A stretch of 64,000 nucleotides of DNA from an uncultured Candidatus Binatia bacterium (GTDB lineage Bacteria; Desulfobacterota; Binatia; UBA9968; JAJDTQ01), in contig OZ219754.1 in the NCBI GenBank assembly GCA_964291295.2, positions 2,016,001-2,080,000 of the forward strand. The letters are read 5' to 3'. A model generated the notes under the pieces. The model saw only the letters and a program-made list of their open reading frames with translations, was not told the origin of the DNA and made no database searches. This document shows, piece by piece, positions 9,392 through 18,926 of this stretch; the first letter of the stretch is position 1; the number at the start of each line of letters is the position of its first letter. Made by a program: the position numbers and the translations under genes.

Positions 9392-10590
9392 TCCACATGG
9401 ACGCGGGCGAATCCCACGCGCCCACCGGGCTTCCGGAGCACACGCGGCACCTCCGGGACCAGGGCCGGGATATCTATCTCGTGGGCACGGCGCATGTCTC
9501 GTCGGGGAGCATCGAGGATGTGTGCACGACCGTCGAGCGGGTGGATCCCGACGCCATCTGCGTGGAGTTGTGCCAGGCCCGGTACGAGGCCTTCACCCGG
9601 CCCGAAGCATGGCGGAAGATGGATATCTTCAAGGTCATCCGGGAGGGCAAGGCCGTCCTGCTGTTGAGCCAACTGTACATGTCCGCGTTCTACCGGCGTA
9701 TCGGCGACCGGCTCGGCGTGCGCCCCGGAGCCGACATGCTGGAGGGCATCAGGCTGGCTCACGAGCGGGACGTCGAACTGGTGCTGGCCGACCGCGACGT
9801 CCAGGTGACGCTCAAGAGAACCTGGCGGCGCCTGGGCTGCTGGAACAAGCTGAAGCTGCTCTTCTTCGTGTTGACCCATGCCGTGGTGGAGCCGGAGATC
9901 GACCAGGAGGCGGTGGATGCTCTCAAGCGGCGGGAACGGGTGGACGATCTCCTGATGGAGTTCGCCAAGGCGTTCCCGGCGGTCAAGGAGAGTATCATCG
10001 ACGAGCGGGATGTCTACCTGGCGCAGAAGATCCGGGCGGCCCGGGGGGAGAGGATCGTGGCGGTGGTGGGAGCGGGACACGTGCCGGGTATCACCCGTGA
10101 GATTCACCGGAACCGCCCGCTCGCTTCCCTGGAGACGGTGCCCGTGCGGCCGTTCTGGTCCAGGAATGTCAAGTGGCTGGTGCCGCTGGTGATCGCGGCG
10201 ATCATCGCGTACGGTTTCTACAGCGCCGGCGCCGCCCACTCGCTGGAATCCATCTCCATCTGGGTGCTGGCAAACGGCGTGCTCGCGGCCGTGGGGGCGG
10301 CTCTGGCGCTGGGCCATCCGGTCACGGTGATGGCCGCGTTCCTGGCTGCCCCCATCACCAGTCTGAACCCCACCATCGCCGCGGGATGGGTCTCCGGACT
10401 GGTCCAGGCGTGGGTCAAGAAACCGACCGTGGCGGACCTGGAAGGCATATCGGAGGTGGTGGCGTCGTTCCCCAAGGGGCTCTGGCGCAACCCGGTCTCA
10501 CGCATCCTGCTGGTTGTCGTGTTCTCGAATCTGGGAAGCACCCTGGGAACTTTCATCGGCGGCAGCTGGATCGCCGCACGCCTGTTCTAG
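9388..10590 (+). CDS. traB: TraB/PrgY (pheromone-shutdown, Tiki-like) family membrane protein
   Basis: LVGTAHVS, ICVELC, PGADM, LADRDVQVTLKR, ERD, VVGAGH and AAPITSLNP motifs; C-terminal TM helices. Confidence 0.9.
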   Translation: MIHMDAGESHAPTGLPEHTRHLRDQGRDIYLVGTAHVSSGSIEDVCTTVERVDPDAICVELCQARYEAFTRPEAWRKMDIFKVIREGKAVLLLSQLYMSAFYRRIGDRLGVRPGADMLEGIRLAHERDVELVLADRDVQVTLKRTWRRLGCWNKLKLLFFVLTHAVVEPEIDQEAVDALKRRERVDDLLMEFAKAFPAVKESIIDERDVYLAQKIRAARGERIVAVVGAGHVPGITREIHRNRPLASLETVPVRPFWSRNVKWLVPLVIAAIIAYGFYSAGAAHSLESISIWVLANGVLAAVGAALALGHPVTVMAAFLAAPITSLNPTIAAGWVSGLVQAWVKKPTVADLEGISEVVASFPKGLWRNPVSRILLVVVFSNLGSTLGTFIGGSWIAARLF

Positions 10591-10629
10591 CCGCGCCCCT
10601 CGCTCCGAGTCTCCGATGGAGGTGAACCC

Positions 10630-11358
10630 ATGGCGGATCCGGCAAGTGTCAAGATTGGTTTCGTCACCCCGGTATCGAGTTCCAGCCCCCACTTCGAGCC
10701 GTTCAGGGCTTTCATTCCCAAGGAAGTGGAGATGGAGTTCGAGGGGCTGGGAATCGTCCGCGGCTCGCTGGAGAGCCTCCGCGGCACTGGCGACAGGGTG
10801 GTGGAGACATCGGCCCGGCTGGCGCGGGAGCGCGGCTGGCAGGGCGTCATCGTCAGCGGAGCCCCGGTGGAGGTTCTCAATCCGGGACTGCTGGCGCGGT
10901 TGAAGGACGCCGTGGACGTGCCGGTGACCACCGCCCTGGAATCATGCGTCGAGGCCATCAAGTCGCTCTCGGCGTCCCGGGTGCTGCTGCTGACCCCGTT
11001 CGTGGAGTCCATGAACGAACGGATCCGCGGCTGCCTCGCGGACCGCGGCATCGAAGCGACCTCGCCCGCCGATACCTTCGACGACTACCGCGACGCCATG
11101 AAGGTCGAACCCGATGACGTGTACCGGCTCGCACGGAAGGCGTCGGACGCCTGTCCCGAGGCGGAGGTGATCTACTTCCAGGGGGCGGTGCTGGATCCTC
11201 TGGAGGTTCTGGACCGGATGGAGCGGAATTTGTCGCGGCCGGTGGTGGCGAGCAATCCCGCCATGCTCTGGTTCATGCTGTCACGGGTGGGGTTCTCCTG
11301 CAGCATTTCCGGCTACGGAAAGCTGCTGCGGGACTGGCCCGCCATCAAGGGGGGATGA
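10630..11358 (+). CDS. Maleate isomerase/arylmalonate decarboxylase (Asp/Glu racemase) fold protein lacking the catalytic Cys pair
   Basis: IGFVTP, VPVTT, LLTPF and PVVASNPAMLW family motifs. Confidence 0.8.
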   Translation: MADPASVKIGFVTPVSSSSPHFEPFRAFIPKEVEMEFEGLGIVRGSLESLRGTGDRVVETSARLARERGWQGVIVSGAPVEVLNPGLLARLKDAVDVPVTTALESCVEAIKSLSASRVLLLTPFVESMNERIRGCLADRGIEATSPADTFDDYRDAMKVEPDDVYRLARKASDACPEAEVIYFQGAVLDPLEVLDRMERNLSRPVVASNPAMLWFMLSRVGFSCSISGYGKLLRDWPAIKGG

Positions 11359-11380
11359 CGGTGCCCCGGCGCCTTCGGGC

Positions 11381-13066
11381 TTACGCGCGGAATCTGGCGT
11401 AGCCCCAGCCCAGGGCTCCCAAGCCCACTATCAGGCCGAAGATCCACTGCCAGTAGGGCTCCAGAACGAGTTTACCCTCGACCTGCTGCTGCAGCGCGTC
11501 CCGTTCAGCCGCCACCCGGGTCATCTGCAGGGCGAGTTCCTGCTTGTCGGCACCCAGAGCCGCGACGGCCTTGTCCCGGTCGCTGCGCGTTCGGGCCAGC
11601 GAACGGCTGGTCTCGTCCAGTTGCCGCCGCAGCCGCGCGGCGGTCTGGTCGTGCGCTTCGGAGAGGGATGCGATTCTTTCGGTCATCTCCCTTTCCCTGG
11701 CAGCCAACTCGGCGACCGCCTGCTCCTTTTCCACACGTGTCCGCTCCAGTGACGCCCTCACCTGAGCCAGGCGCTGTGCGGCCGCGGTTTCGAGCGCGGT
11801 TTCATCGGGCGCGGCGAGGGCTTCCGGTTGCCGTGGCTCGCCCGCCATCCTGGCGGGAATGGGCTGTTCCCGTACGGCTTCGATCCTCACCTCGACCTTC
11901 TCCGCCTGCAGCCCCGGCGGTTCCGTGTCCTGTCTCTGTCTGGGCCGAGTCGCTTCCGCTTCGGCCCGCTCCCGTTCGGCCTGCGCCTGTTCCAGAGCGC
12001 GAGTCGTTTGAGCCAGTTGCCGTTCCAGCTGATTGACGGTCTGTTGGTGGGTGTTGACAAGGGACTCCAGGCTCTGGGTGGCTGCCAGTTCCCGGGCGGC
12101 CAAGGCATCTTCCTTCTCGGTGCGGCTCTGCGCCAGGGAGGCGGTGGTCTGAGCCAGTTGCCGCTCCAACTGTTGAACGGACTGTTCGTGGGCGGCAGCG
12201 AGAGACGCGAGCCTTTGCTCGGCTTCCCGCTCCCTGGCGGCGTAGTGGGCCAGGGCCTGTTCCTTTTCGGTGCGGCTCCGCTCCAGGGACTGTGTCACCT
12301 TTGCCAGTCGCTGCCGCAACTGGGTCAGCATGGTTTTCTGGTTCGCCACCTGGGCCTCCAGGGAATGTCTGAGGGCCTCCAGTCGCCCGGTCTCGGTCGT
12401 CATCGCGCCAATGACGCCGTCCTGTCGGGCCACCCGGGCCGTGAGCCCGTCGACTTGTGCACCCAGTTCGTCGCGCTTGAGCACGAGTGCCGCGAAGTTC
12501 TCTTCCAGCTCGGCCTTGGCGGCGGTCAGGAGCGCGTTCTGCTGAACCAGCGTGTCCCTGAGACCGGCAAGTTCCCGGGTTCTGGCATCCAGCCCCTGAA
12601 CGGTGGCGGCCCTCTTGTCGAGTTCCAGCGCAAGCCGGTCCACGGTATCAAGGGTATCGTCCCTTTCGGCGGTCAGGGCAGCCACTCTCCGCTGATACCG
12701 GTCCACGGTCCTGCGCCGTTCGTCCATGGCCGTGGTCAGCTCTTGTCGGACTTGTGCCAACGATGCCGTGAGTTCGTCGATCCGCTGTTGCGCCCCCGTG
12801 AGTTCCTGTTGTCTTTGCTCCAGCATTTCCCCGGACCGGGATACATCCCGTGCAAGATCCTGGACTCGCGCCTCGAGGGAGGTGACTTCCCGCCCACGCT
12901 GTTCCAGGTCTTGCGTCAGCGTGGCGTTGTCCGCTTCCACGCGTTGCTTCTCGCGATTCAGTTTCTCATGTTCCTCGAGGGTGACGCAGGAGGCCAGAGC
13001 CGCGAGCAATGCCACCGGCGCTACCGAAAGGCCAAGGTGTTTCAGATTGTACATCATGACGTCCAT
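11381..13066 (-). CDS. Long coiled-coil lipoprotein with internal repeats and a C-terminal TM helix
   Basis: Lipobox LAALASC, heptad-rich E/Q/R/L/A body, hydrophobic C-terminus WQWIFGLIVGLGALGWGY. Confidence 0.8.
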   Translation of the reverse strand: MDVMMYNLKHLGLSVAPVALLAALASCVTLEEHEKLNREKQRVEADNATLTQDLEQRGREVTSLEARVQDLARDVSRSGEMLEQRQQELTGAQQRIDELTASLAQVRQELTTAMDERRRTVDRYQRRVAALTAERDDTLDTVDRLALELDKRAATVQGLDARTRELAGLRDTLVQQNALLTAAKAELEENFAALVLKRDELGAQVDGLTARVARQDGVIGAMTTETGRLEALRHSLEAQVANQKTMLTQLRQRLAKVTQSLERSRTEKEQALAHYAAREREAEQRLASLAAAHEQSVQQLERQLAQTTASLAQSRTEKEDALAARELAATQSLESLVNTHQQTVNQLERQLAQTTRALEQAQAERERAEAEATRPRQRQDTEPPGLQAEKVEVRIEAVREQPIPARMAGEPRQPEALAAPDETALETAAAQRLAQVRASLERTRVEKEQAVAELAAREREMTERIASLSEAHDQTAARLRRQLDETSRSLARTRSDRDKAVAALGADKQELALQMTRVAAERDALQQQVEGKLVLEPYWQWIFGLIVGLGALGWGYARFRA

Positions 13067-13197
13067 TCCTGGGCGGTGGAGAACTTCAACTCGACGATGT
13101 CTAATGGAAAGTATACACGATGTCCACCCTATGCCGGAGCATGCCGCGGCGCCTGCTCCCGGCCGTGAACATCGAATTCATGTGGCCGGTCCCGTGA

Positions 13198-14373
13198 CTA
13201 GATCACCTGCCGGCCGCGCAGTCCCTCGATGGCATCTTTGCCATACCCGAGGGCCTGCAGGATCTCATCCGTGTTCTCGCCCAGCATCGGCGGCGGCGTG
13301 GGGGTCTCCGGCGGGGTCCGGCTCATGTCCACGCCGCTCCCGACCAGCTTGACCTTGCCCATCCTGGGGTGCTCCACCTCGATGGGAAAGCCGTACCGCT
13401 TCACCTGTGGATCGTTGAACATCTCCTCGAGGTTGTTCAGCGGGGTGGACGGCACGTCGTACCGCTCCAGCTTCTTGAGCCACACATCGCGCGAGTCCCG
13501 GCCGAAAATGGCCTGGAGCTCCCGCTCCAGCAGGTCGTGGTTGGCGGTGCGGCTCTTCTTGTCGGCGAAACGAGGGTCCCGGGACCATTCGGGCCGTTCC
13601 ACGACTTCGAGCAGGCCGAGCCAGAACTTGGTGGGCGAAGACAGATGGACGACGAAGGGCCTGCCGTCCCGATCCACGAAGGCGAAGACGCCGGCGGTGC
13701 GGGTGCGGTCGGCCCGGCCGGGCACCACGCCGGTCTCGAAGAAGCGGGCGCAGTTCTCGGCAGTGAAGGACACCGAAGCCCGCAACAGCGAGGTTTCGAT
13801 CATCTGTCCCTCTCCGGTCATCATCCGGTTCACCAGAGCCGCCAGCACGCCGTAGCAGGCGTAGACCCCGGTCAGGTGATCGGACAGGGAGATGCCCATG
13901 CCCTTGGGGGCGTCCGGATCGGTCAGCAGGCTCAACAGGCCGCTCATCCCCTGGCCGACGGTATCGAACCCGGGCCGGTCCCGGTAGGGCCCTTCCTGGC
14001 CGAAGCCGGAGATGGAGCAATAGATGATCCCGGGGTTGAGCGCACGAACCGTCTCGTAGCCCAGACCCCGGCGCGCCATCACGCCCGGGCGGTGATTCTC
14101 TATGAGCACGTCGGACCCGGCGGCGAGCCGACGGCAGATGTCCCGGCCCTCCTCGCTGCGGATGTCCAGTGTGATGCTCTTCTTGTTCCGGTTCAGGCTG
14201 CAGAAGGTGGCCGAATAGAGCCGCTCGCCCCAGCCCCGGAAGGGGTCGCCCCGCTCCCGTTCCTCCACCTTGATGACCTCGGCCCCCAGATCCGCCATCA
14301 GCATGGATGCGAACGGGCCGGTCACGTAACTGGCCAACTCCAGAATCCGGATTCCTTCAAGCGTCCCGGCCAT
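13198..14373 (-). CDS. Class III CoA-transferase (CaiB/BaiF family)
   Basis: LEGIRILEL, DLGAEVIKVE, NRNKKSITLD and SGFGQEGPY motifs; start at MAGTLEG. Confidence 0.95.
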   Translation of the reverse strand: MAGTLEGIRILELASYVTGPFASMLMADLGAEVIKVEERERGDPFRGWGERLYSATFCSLNRNKKSITLDIRSEEGRDICRRLAAGSDVLIENHRPGVMARRGLGYETVRALNPGIIYCSISGFGQEGPYRDRPGFDTVGQGMSGLLSLLTDPDAPKGMGISLSDHLTGVYACYGVLAALVNRMMTGEGQMIETSLLRASVSFTAENCARFFETGVVPGRADRTRTAGVFAFVDRDGRPFVVHLSSPTKFWLGLLEVVERPEWSRDPRFADKKSRTANHDLLERELQAIFGRDSRDVWLKKLERYDVPSTPLNNLEEMFNDPQVKRYGFPIEVEHPRMGKVKLVGSGVDMSRTPPETPTPPPMLGENTDEILQALGYGKDAIEGLRGRQVI

Positions 14374-14499
14374 GTCTCTTCCTCGCTCCTGGTGAATCGT
14401 CCCGGAGACAAGTGGCCGGTCCATGGGCGGTCTGGCCGATGGTCCGTGCAGGCCGGTCCATGGGCGTGGGCGTTGCTCCCATGTCTCCGGGAGGCGGCA

Positions 14500-16731
14500 T
14501 CAACACTCGATGCGAATGTCCCAGAGGTCCTCCTCGCCGCCCAGTTTCGGGCAGTAGAGGTCCACCTGGAGCAGAGTGGCGCAGCCGGGACAGATGTATT
14601 CGTGGTAACGTCCGAGATAGGCCTCGCCCGATGCGGGAATCGGGTCACGGATGGTGTCCAGTTCGACGACCCGTCTGAGACAACGCTTCTTGTAGTTCTC
14701 GCCCACGCCACCGAACAGAAAACCGCAGCGCGTGCAGCGGATCTGCCTGCCGGCGACTTCGAGTGTCTCATGGATGCGCGCCTCGGCATGCCCGTCCTCG
14801 GGCTCGGCGTCGGGCGCCGGCACCGGGGTGACCGGCACCCCCTCCTCGAGCCGTGCCGCGCGTATGGCGCGCCGCTGTTCCGCGGTGGCGCGCCCGTCCA
14901 CCTCGCCGTTGTCTCCGCGCAGCACCACGCCGTAGAATCGCCGCGCCGACGTTTCCGTGGATACGCCGACCCGAACGTCCCGGGCCACCGCCGCCGGGTC
15001 ACGGTCCAGCGGGTCGCCGTAGCCGCCGCCGCTCTGGACATAGTCGCTCAGGAGCGTGAACTCGGGCAGCGAGACGCGCCCCGGGGCGCCCTCCGGCAGC
15101 AGCACCTTGCCCCAGCCGCCGGCTTCGATTTCGTCCAGCCGGGCGGGGTAGTCGCCCGCTGCCAACCGTTCCCCGATATCGCCGCGGGTCAGGAAGATGG
15201 CCCGGACCCCGCCGGGTCCGGTGGGGTGCCCGCCAAAGAGGCCGTAGGCTCCCTGGGGTATCCAGCCATAGGGTTTGAAGTCGGTGGAAAAGTCCCGGGA
15301 GCCGTAGACCATGAAGATCCGACAGGTGCCGACGCCGCCACGGTACTTGCCGAACCCCGAGCCGTCGGTGTTGTGGTTGCGCGAGAAGTAGAGCAGCGGA
15401 TACTGCATCTCGGTGCGTTCGACGTCGCTGATGCCGCCGGAGGGAATGTTCATGTGGCCGCCGGAGTGGACCCCGTCGTGCAGCGGCGTGGCGCCGAGGC
15501 CGCTGCCGTGGATGTCGTAGATGCCCATGGCCGTACGCACCCCTTCGCGGTTGTGGCCGGCGGGTATGTAGCCGGGCCCCCCTTCGTACCAGGTGGCGTA
15601 CCACGTGGCCGGCACATCCTGGTGCCGCCCGGCGGCGAACAGCATCTTGCCGGCGGCTTCGCACACCGCCGCCACCAGGATGCCGCCCACTACCGGGGCG
15701 GCCGCACAGGCCGCCGGGAATCGGCAGTTCAGCACCGACCCCTCCGGTACCACGAGATCGATGGGAGCCCACTTGCCGTCGCTCCACGGCACGTCCCAGA
15801 AGAGCGTGTTGGTGATGGCGACGCCGATCAGCGCCCGGGTGCTGGGAAAGGTCGAGTTGACGTCGCTGTTGGTCTGGGGGCTCGTGCCGGTGGTATCCAG
15901 CGTCAAGCGGTCTCCCTTCTTCGTGAGCGTGCAGAGGATGCGGAGCGGCGCGGCCTTGCGGGTCCCGGTGTCCAGCGTCGTCAGGTAGGTGCGGCCGGTC
16001 CACTGGCCGTCGGGCAGGGATTTGAGCCTGGCCCGGGCCGCTGCCTCGGTGTCGGCGATGATGCGGGTGCCGGCCGCCTGAACGAACTCCAGGCCGAACT
16101 TGTCCACCAGGCCGAGGTAACGCCGGGCGCACACGTTGTTGCCGGCGATCATGGCCTTGAGGTCCAACCCCACGTACTGCGGATCCCGGCATTGCTCGGT
16201 GAGGGACTTGAACACGTCCTCGCGGAAGATGCCGCGCTCCACCACCTTGAGTCCCATGATGCGGATGCCCTCGTGGAAGATCTCGGTGGCTGCCCCCCGC
16301 AGGTTGCCGCCCGTGTCCGCGGTGTGGGTGCTGGTGGCCACCCAGCCGATGAGTTTCCGCTGGTGAAAGATCGGCTTGATGACCATCATGTCGTAGGTGT
16401 GCGCGCCGGCCACGTACGGGTCGTTGAAAAAGATCTGGTCGCCGTCGAAGAACCCCGGTGATGTTCCGAAGCAGTCGATGAGGTTCTTGATGGCGTCGGA
16501 GGTCGCATGCGCGAAACGCAAATGCCCGGAACAGGCCAGCACCATGGTGCCGCCGGCGTCGTAGAATGAGCTCATGCACTCCCCGCCCTGGGCGACGATG
16601 GGGGAGGCGGTGACCCGCTGCAGCGTCATCCGGCCCTCCTCGCCGATGGCCCAAAGACGGTGGAGGAACATCTCATAGCGGATGGGGTCGATATCGTGTG
16701 CGGTGTCCGGCGACGGGCTGTGCTGGCTCAT
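14500..16731 (-). CDS. Hydantoinase B/acetone carboxylase alpha-like subunit fused to an acetone carboxylase gamma-like domain
   Basis: NDPYVAGAHTYD, HTADTGG, EIFHEG, GKYRGG and GGGYGDP motifs; C-terminal CTRC...HEYICPGC. Confidence 0.88.
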   Translation of the reverse strand: MSQHSPSPDTAHDIDPIRYEMFLHRLWAIGEEGRMTLQRVTASPIVAQGGECMSSFYDAGGTMVLACSGHLRFAHATSDAIKNLIDCFGTSPGFFDGDQIFFNDPYVAGAHTYDMMVIKPIFHQRKLIGWVATSTHTADTGGNLRGAATEIFHEGIRIMGLKVVERGIFREDVFKSLTEQCRDPQYVGLDLKAMIAGNNVCARRYLGLVDKFGLEFVQAAGTRIIADTEAAARARLKSLPDGQWTGRTYLTTLDTGTRKAAPLRILCTLTKKGDRLTLDTTGTSPQTNSDVNSTFPSTRALIGVAITNTLFWDVPWSDGKWAPIDLVVPEGSVLNCRFPAACAAAPVVGGILVAAVCEAAGKMLFAAGRHQDVPATWYATWYEGGPGYIPAGHNREGVRTAMGIYDIHGSGLGATPLHDGVHSGGHMNIPSGGISDVERTEMQYPLLYFSRNHNTDGSGFGKYRGGVGTCRIFMVYGSRDFSTDFKPYGWIPQGAYGLFGGHPTGPGGVRAIFLTRGDIGERLAAGDYPARLDEIEAGGWGKVLLPEGAPGRVSLPEFTLLSDYVQSGGGYGDPLDRDPAAVARDVRVGVSTETSARRFYGVVLRGDNGEVDGRATAEQRRAIRAARLEEGVPVTPVPAPDAEPEDGHAEARIHETLEVAGRQIRCTRCGFLFGGVGENYKKRCLRRVVELDTIRDPIPASGEAYLGRYHEYICPGCATLLQVDLYCPKLGGEEDLWDIRIEC

Positions 16732-16867
16732 GGCTCACTCGACCTTTCGTGTGTTCGGTTGAAGAACCCGGGTGTCCGGTTCCGGGAACAGGCCTGCGTG
16801 ACCCTAGCAACTTTGCCCGGCCGGGTCCACATTGACTCGTGGCCGGCGTTGTGTGACGTTCGAGGCC

Positions 16868-17104
16868 ATGTTGTCGTGGGCGGCATGGTTGCTGTTGGCT
16901 TGGGGCGTGGTGGCGGCGGGGTACGGCGTCTACGCGGCGACGGCCGCGGTGGCGAGTCAGGACGGCTTCCACGCCACGCAGGCGGGGGTCGCGTTGTTGA
17001 TCGCCACGGTGTCCGTCAGCGCGGGCCTTCTCGTCCTGGTGCTGGGTCGGCTCGCGTGGGTTCTCCATTCCCGCAACGTCGAGACGAAGCAGGCGGGGGA
17101 CTGA
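16868..17104 (+). CDS. Small two-TM membrane protein
   Basis: ATG after GAGG; two hydrophobic helices. Confidence 0.55.
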   Translation: MLSWAAWLLLAWGVVAAGYGVYAATAAVASQDGFHATQAGVALLIATVSVSAGLLVLVLGRLAWVLHSRNVETKQAGD

Positions 17105-17419
17105 GAAAGCGGGCGGCTGCCGGGCGGGCGGACGCGTGTGACCCTGCCCGCGAACCTCGCACCGCCGGGCGGCGGGGTGGCCGATCACGTCGGAGTTCGT
17201 GTCCAGGGCGGGTCGATCCCGGCCATTCATGGCAGGGCGCGGCGGCCGACGTCCATCCGTCGAAACAGCCGGAGGCCGCGACACCGTGGGAGCCGCGGCG
17301 GGGCTTTCTCCCAGGTGCGGACGGCCGGCAATTTGGGAAGGCCGGCAAATTGATTCGGCGTTTCCGGCATTGTAGATTCAATAGAGGGGCTGCTACTCGC
17401 GACAGGAAGGAACAGGTTC

Positions 17420-18322
17420 ATGAAACGCGTACTGTTGCTGCTGATAACCAATATTGCGATCCTTGTCGTATTGAGCGTCGTGGTAAGCCTGCTGGGGCTC
17501 GACCGGGCGCTCTACCAGAGCGGGCTCAACCTTGGGGCGTTGCTCGGATTCTCGTTCATCTTCGGCATGGGCGGGGCCTTCATCTCGCTGGCCATCTCCA
17601 AGTGGATGGCCAGGATGGCGGTCGGGGCCACGGTCATCGAACAGCCCCGGAACAGTACCGAGAGCTGGCTTGTCAATACGGTGCAGAACCATGCCCGCGC
17701 CGCGGGCATCGCCATGCCCGAGGTGGCGATCTACGATTCCCCCGAGCCCAACGCCTTCGCCACCGGACCGAGCCGCAACAACTCCCTGGTGGCGGTGAGC
17801 ACGGGCCTCTTGCGGGCCATGGACGCGGACCAGGCCTCGGCGGTGCTGGGCCACGAGGTCAGCCACGTGGCCAACGGCGACATGGTCACGCTGACTCTGA
17901 TCCAGGGCGTTCTCAACACCTTCGTGATCTTCCTCTCACGCGTGATCGGGTATGTCGTGGACCGTGCCCTTCACCGGGACAGCGAGGGCGGCTACGGCAT
18001 GGGCTATTTCATCACCGTCATCGTCGCCCAGATCCTCCTGGGCATCCTGGCAAGCATGGTGGTCTACTGGTTCTCGCGCCGCCGCGAGTACCGGGCTGAC
18101 GCCGGCGGCGCGCAACTGGCGGGAACGGCCAACATGATCGGCGCGCTCCAGGCGCTGCAGCGGAGCGCGGAGCCCGAGCACATGCCGGAACAGGTTTCAG
18201 CCCTGGGGATCTCGGGCGTGCGCAAGGGTGGTGTCCGGATGCTCTTCGCCACCCATCCTCCCATCGAGGACCGGATCGCCGCGCTGCGGGAGGGACGCCA
18301 CCTCCAGGGCGCGGGTTCCTGA
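17420..18322 (+). CDS. htpX: Zn-dependent membrane protease HtpX
   Basis: [27 protein letters not shown] and [10 protein letters not shown] motifs. Confidence 0.97.
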   Translation: MKRVLLLLITNIAILVVLSVVVSLLGLDRALYQSGLNLGALLGFSFIFGMGGAFISLAISKWMARMAVGATVIEQPRNSTESWLVNTVQNHARAAGIAMPEVAIYDSPEPNAFATGPSRNNSLVAVSTGLLRAMDADQASAVLGHEVSHVANGDMVTLTLIQGVLNTFVIFLSRVIGYVVDRALHRDSEGGYGMGYFITVIVAQILLGILASMVVYWFSRRREYRADAGGAQLAGTANMIGALQALQRSAEPEHMPEQVSALGISGVRKGGVRMLFATHPPIEDRIAALREGRHLQGAGS

Positions 18323-18371
18323 TCCTTCGCTTGGCGCCTGGGCGGAATCCCGATACACCCCCCCCTGAGGC

Positions 18372-18917
18372 GTGGCGCACAGGGGGCAGGGGATGGCGAT
18401 ATTCTCGGTCGGCTTCGGACATCGGTTCATACTGCGGGCGGCGTCCCGCTACATCACGCGGGAACGGGTGGAGCTGGCCGAACCGGGCGCAATGAATCCC
18501 GACGGGAAGCTGCGCAAGGTCTGCGAGATCCATCTCGCCGTCTCGGAAGAACCGGAGCAGGCGCTGGCCGAGGCCAGAAAGCACGCCGCTCATCACATGG
18601 TGAGTCTCCAGGCCTTGGGGTACAGCCCCGGGGAATTCGAACGCACCGGCATCAACCCGGAGCGGGTCGGCCGCATCCGGGAGGCGCTTCACTCGGACAT
18701 GACCATCGAGCAGGCCTCTCGGGAACGGGTGACCGACTCCATGCCGTGCGCCAGTTTCGTCGTCGGCCGGGCACCGGATTGCGTGGAGCCGATCCTGGAA
18801 CTGGCGGCCGAGGCCGAGCGGCCCGGGTTCGCACAGATCACTTTCGCCAGCCCCGGCAGGAACCACGCTGCCGTGATCCGGTTCCTGAGCCAGGAGCGCG
18901 TGCCCGGGCCGTGGTGA
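18372..18917 (+). pseudogene. Probable C-terminal fragment of an LLM-class (Mer/F420-type) oxidoreductase
   Basis: IHLAVSEEPEQALAEAR...VTDSM...FVVGRAPDCVE resembles the LLM C-terminal half; N-terminal barrel half absent. Confidence 0.5.
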
Positions 18918-18926
18918 GCGGTCTGC

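Noticed and set aside
13369-16461. 1030-aa plus-strand ORF
   Set aside because: Antisense shadow of the CoA-transferase and hydantoinase B genes; expected in high-GC DNA and has no motifs
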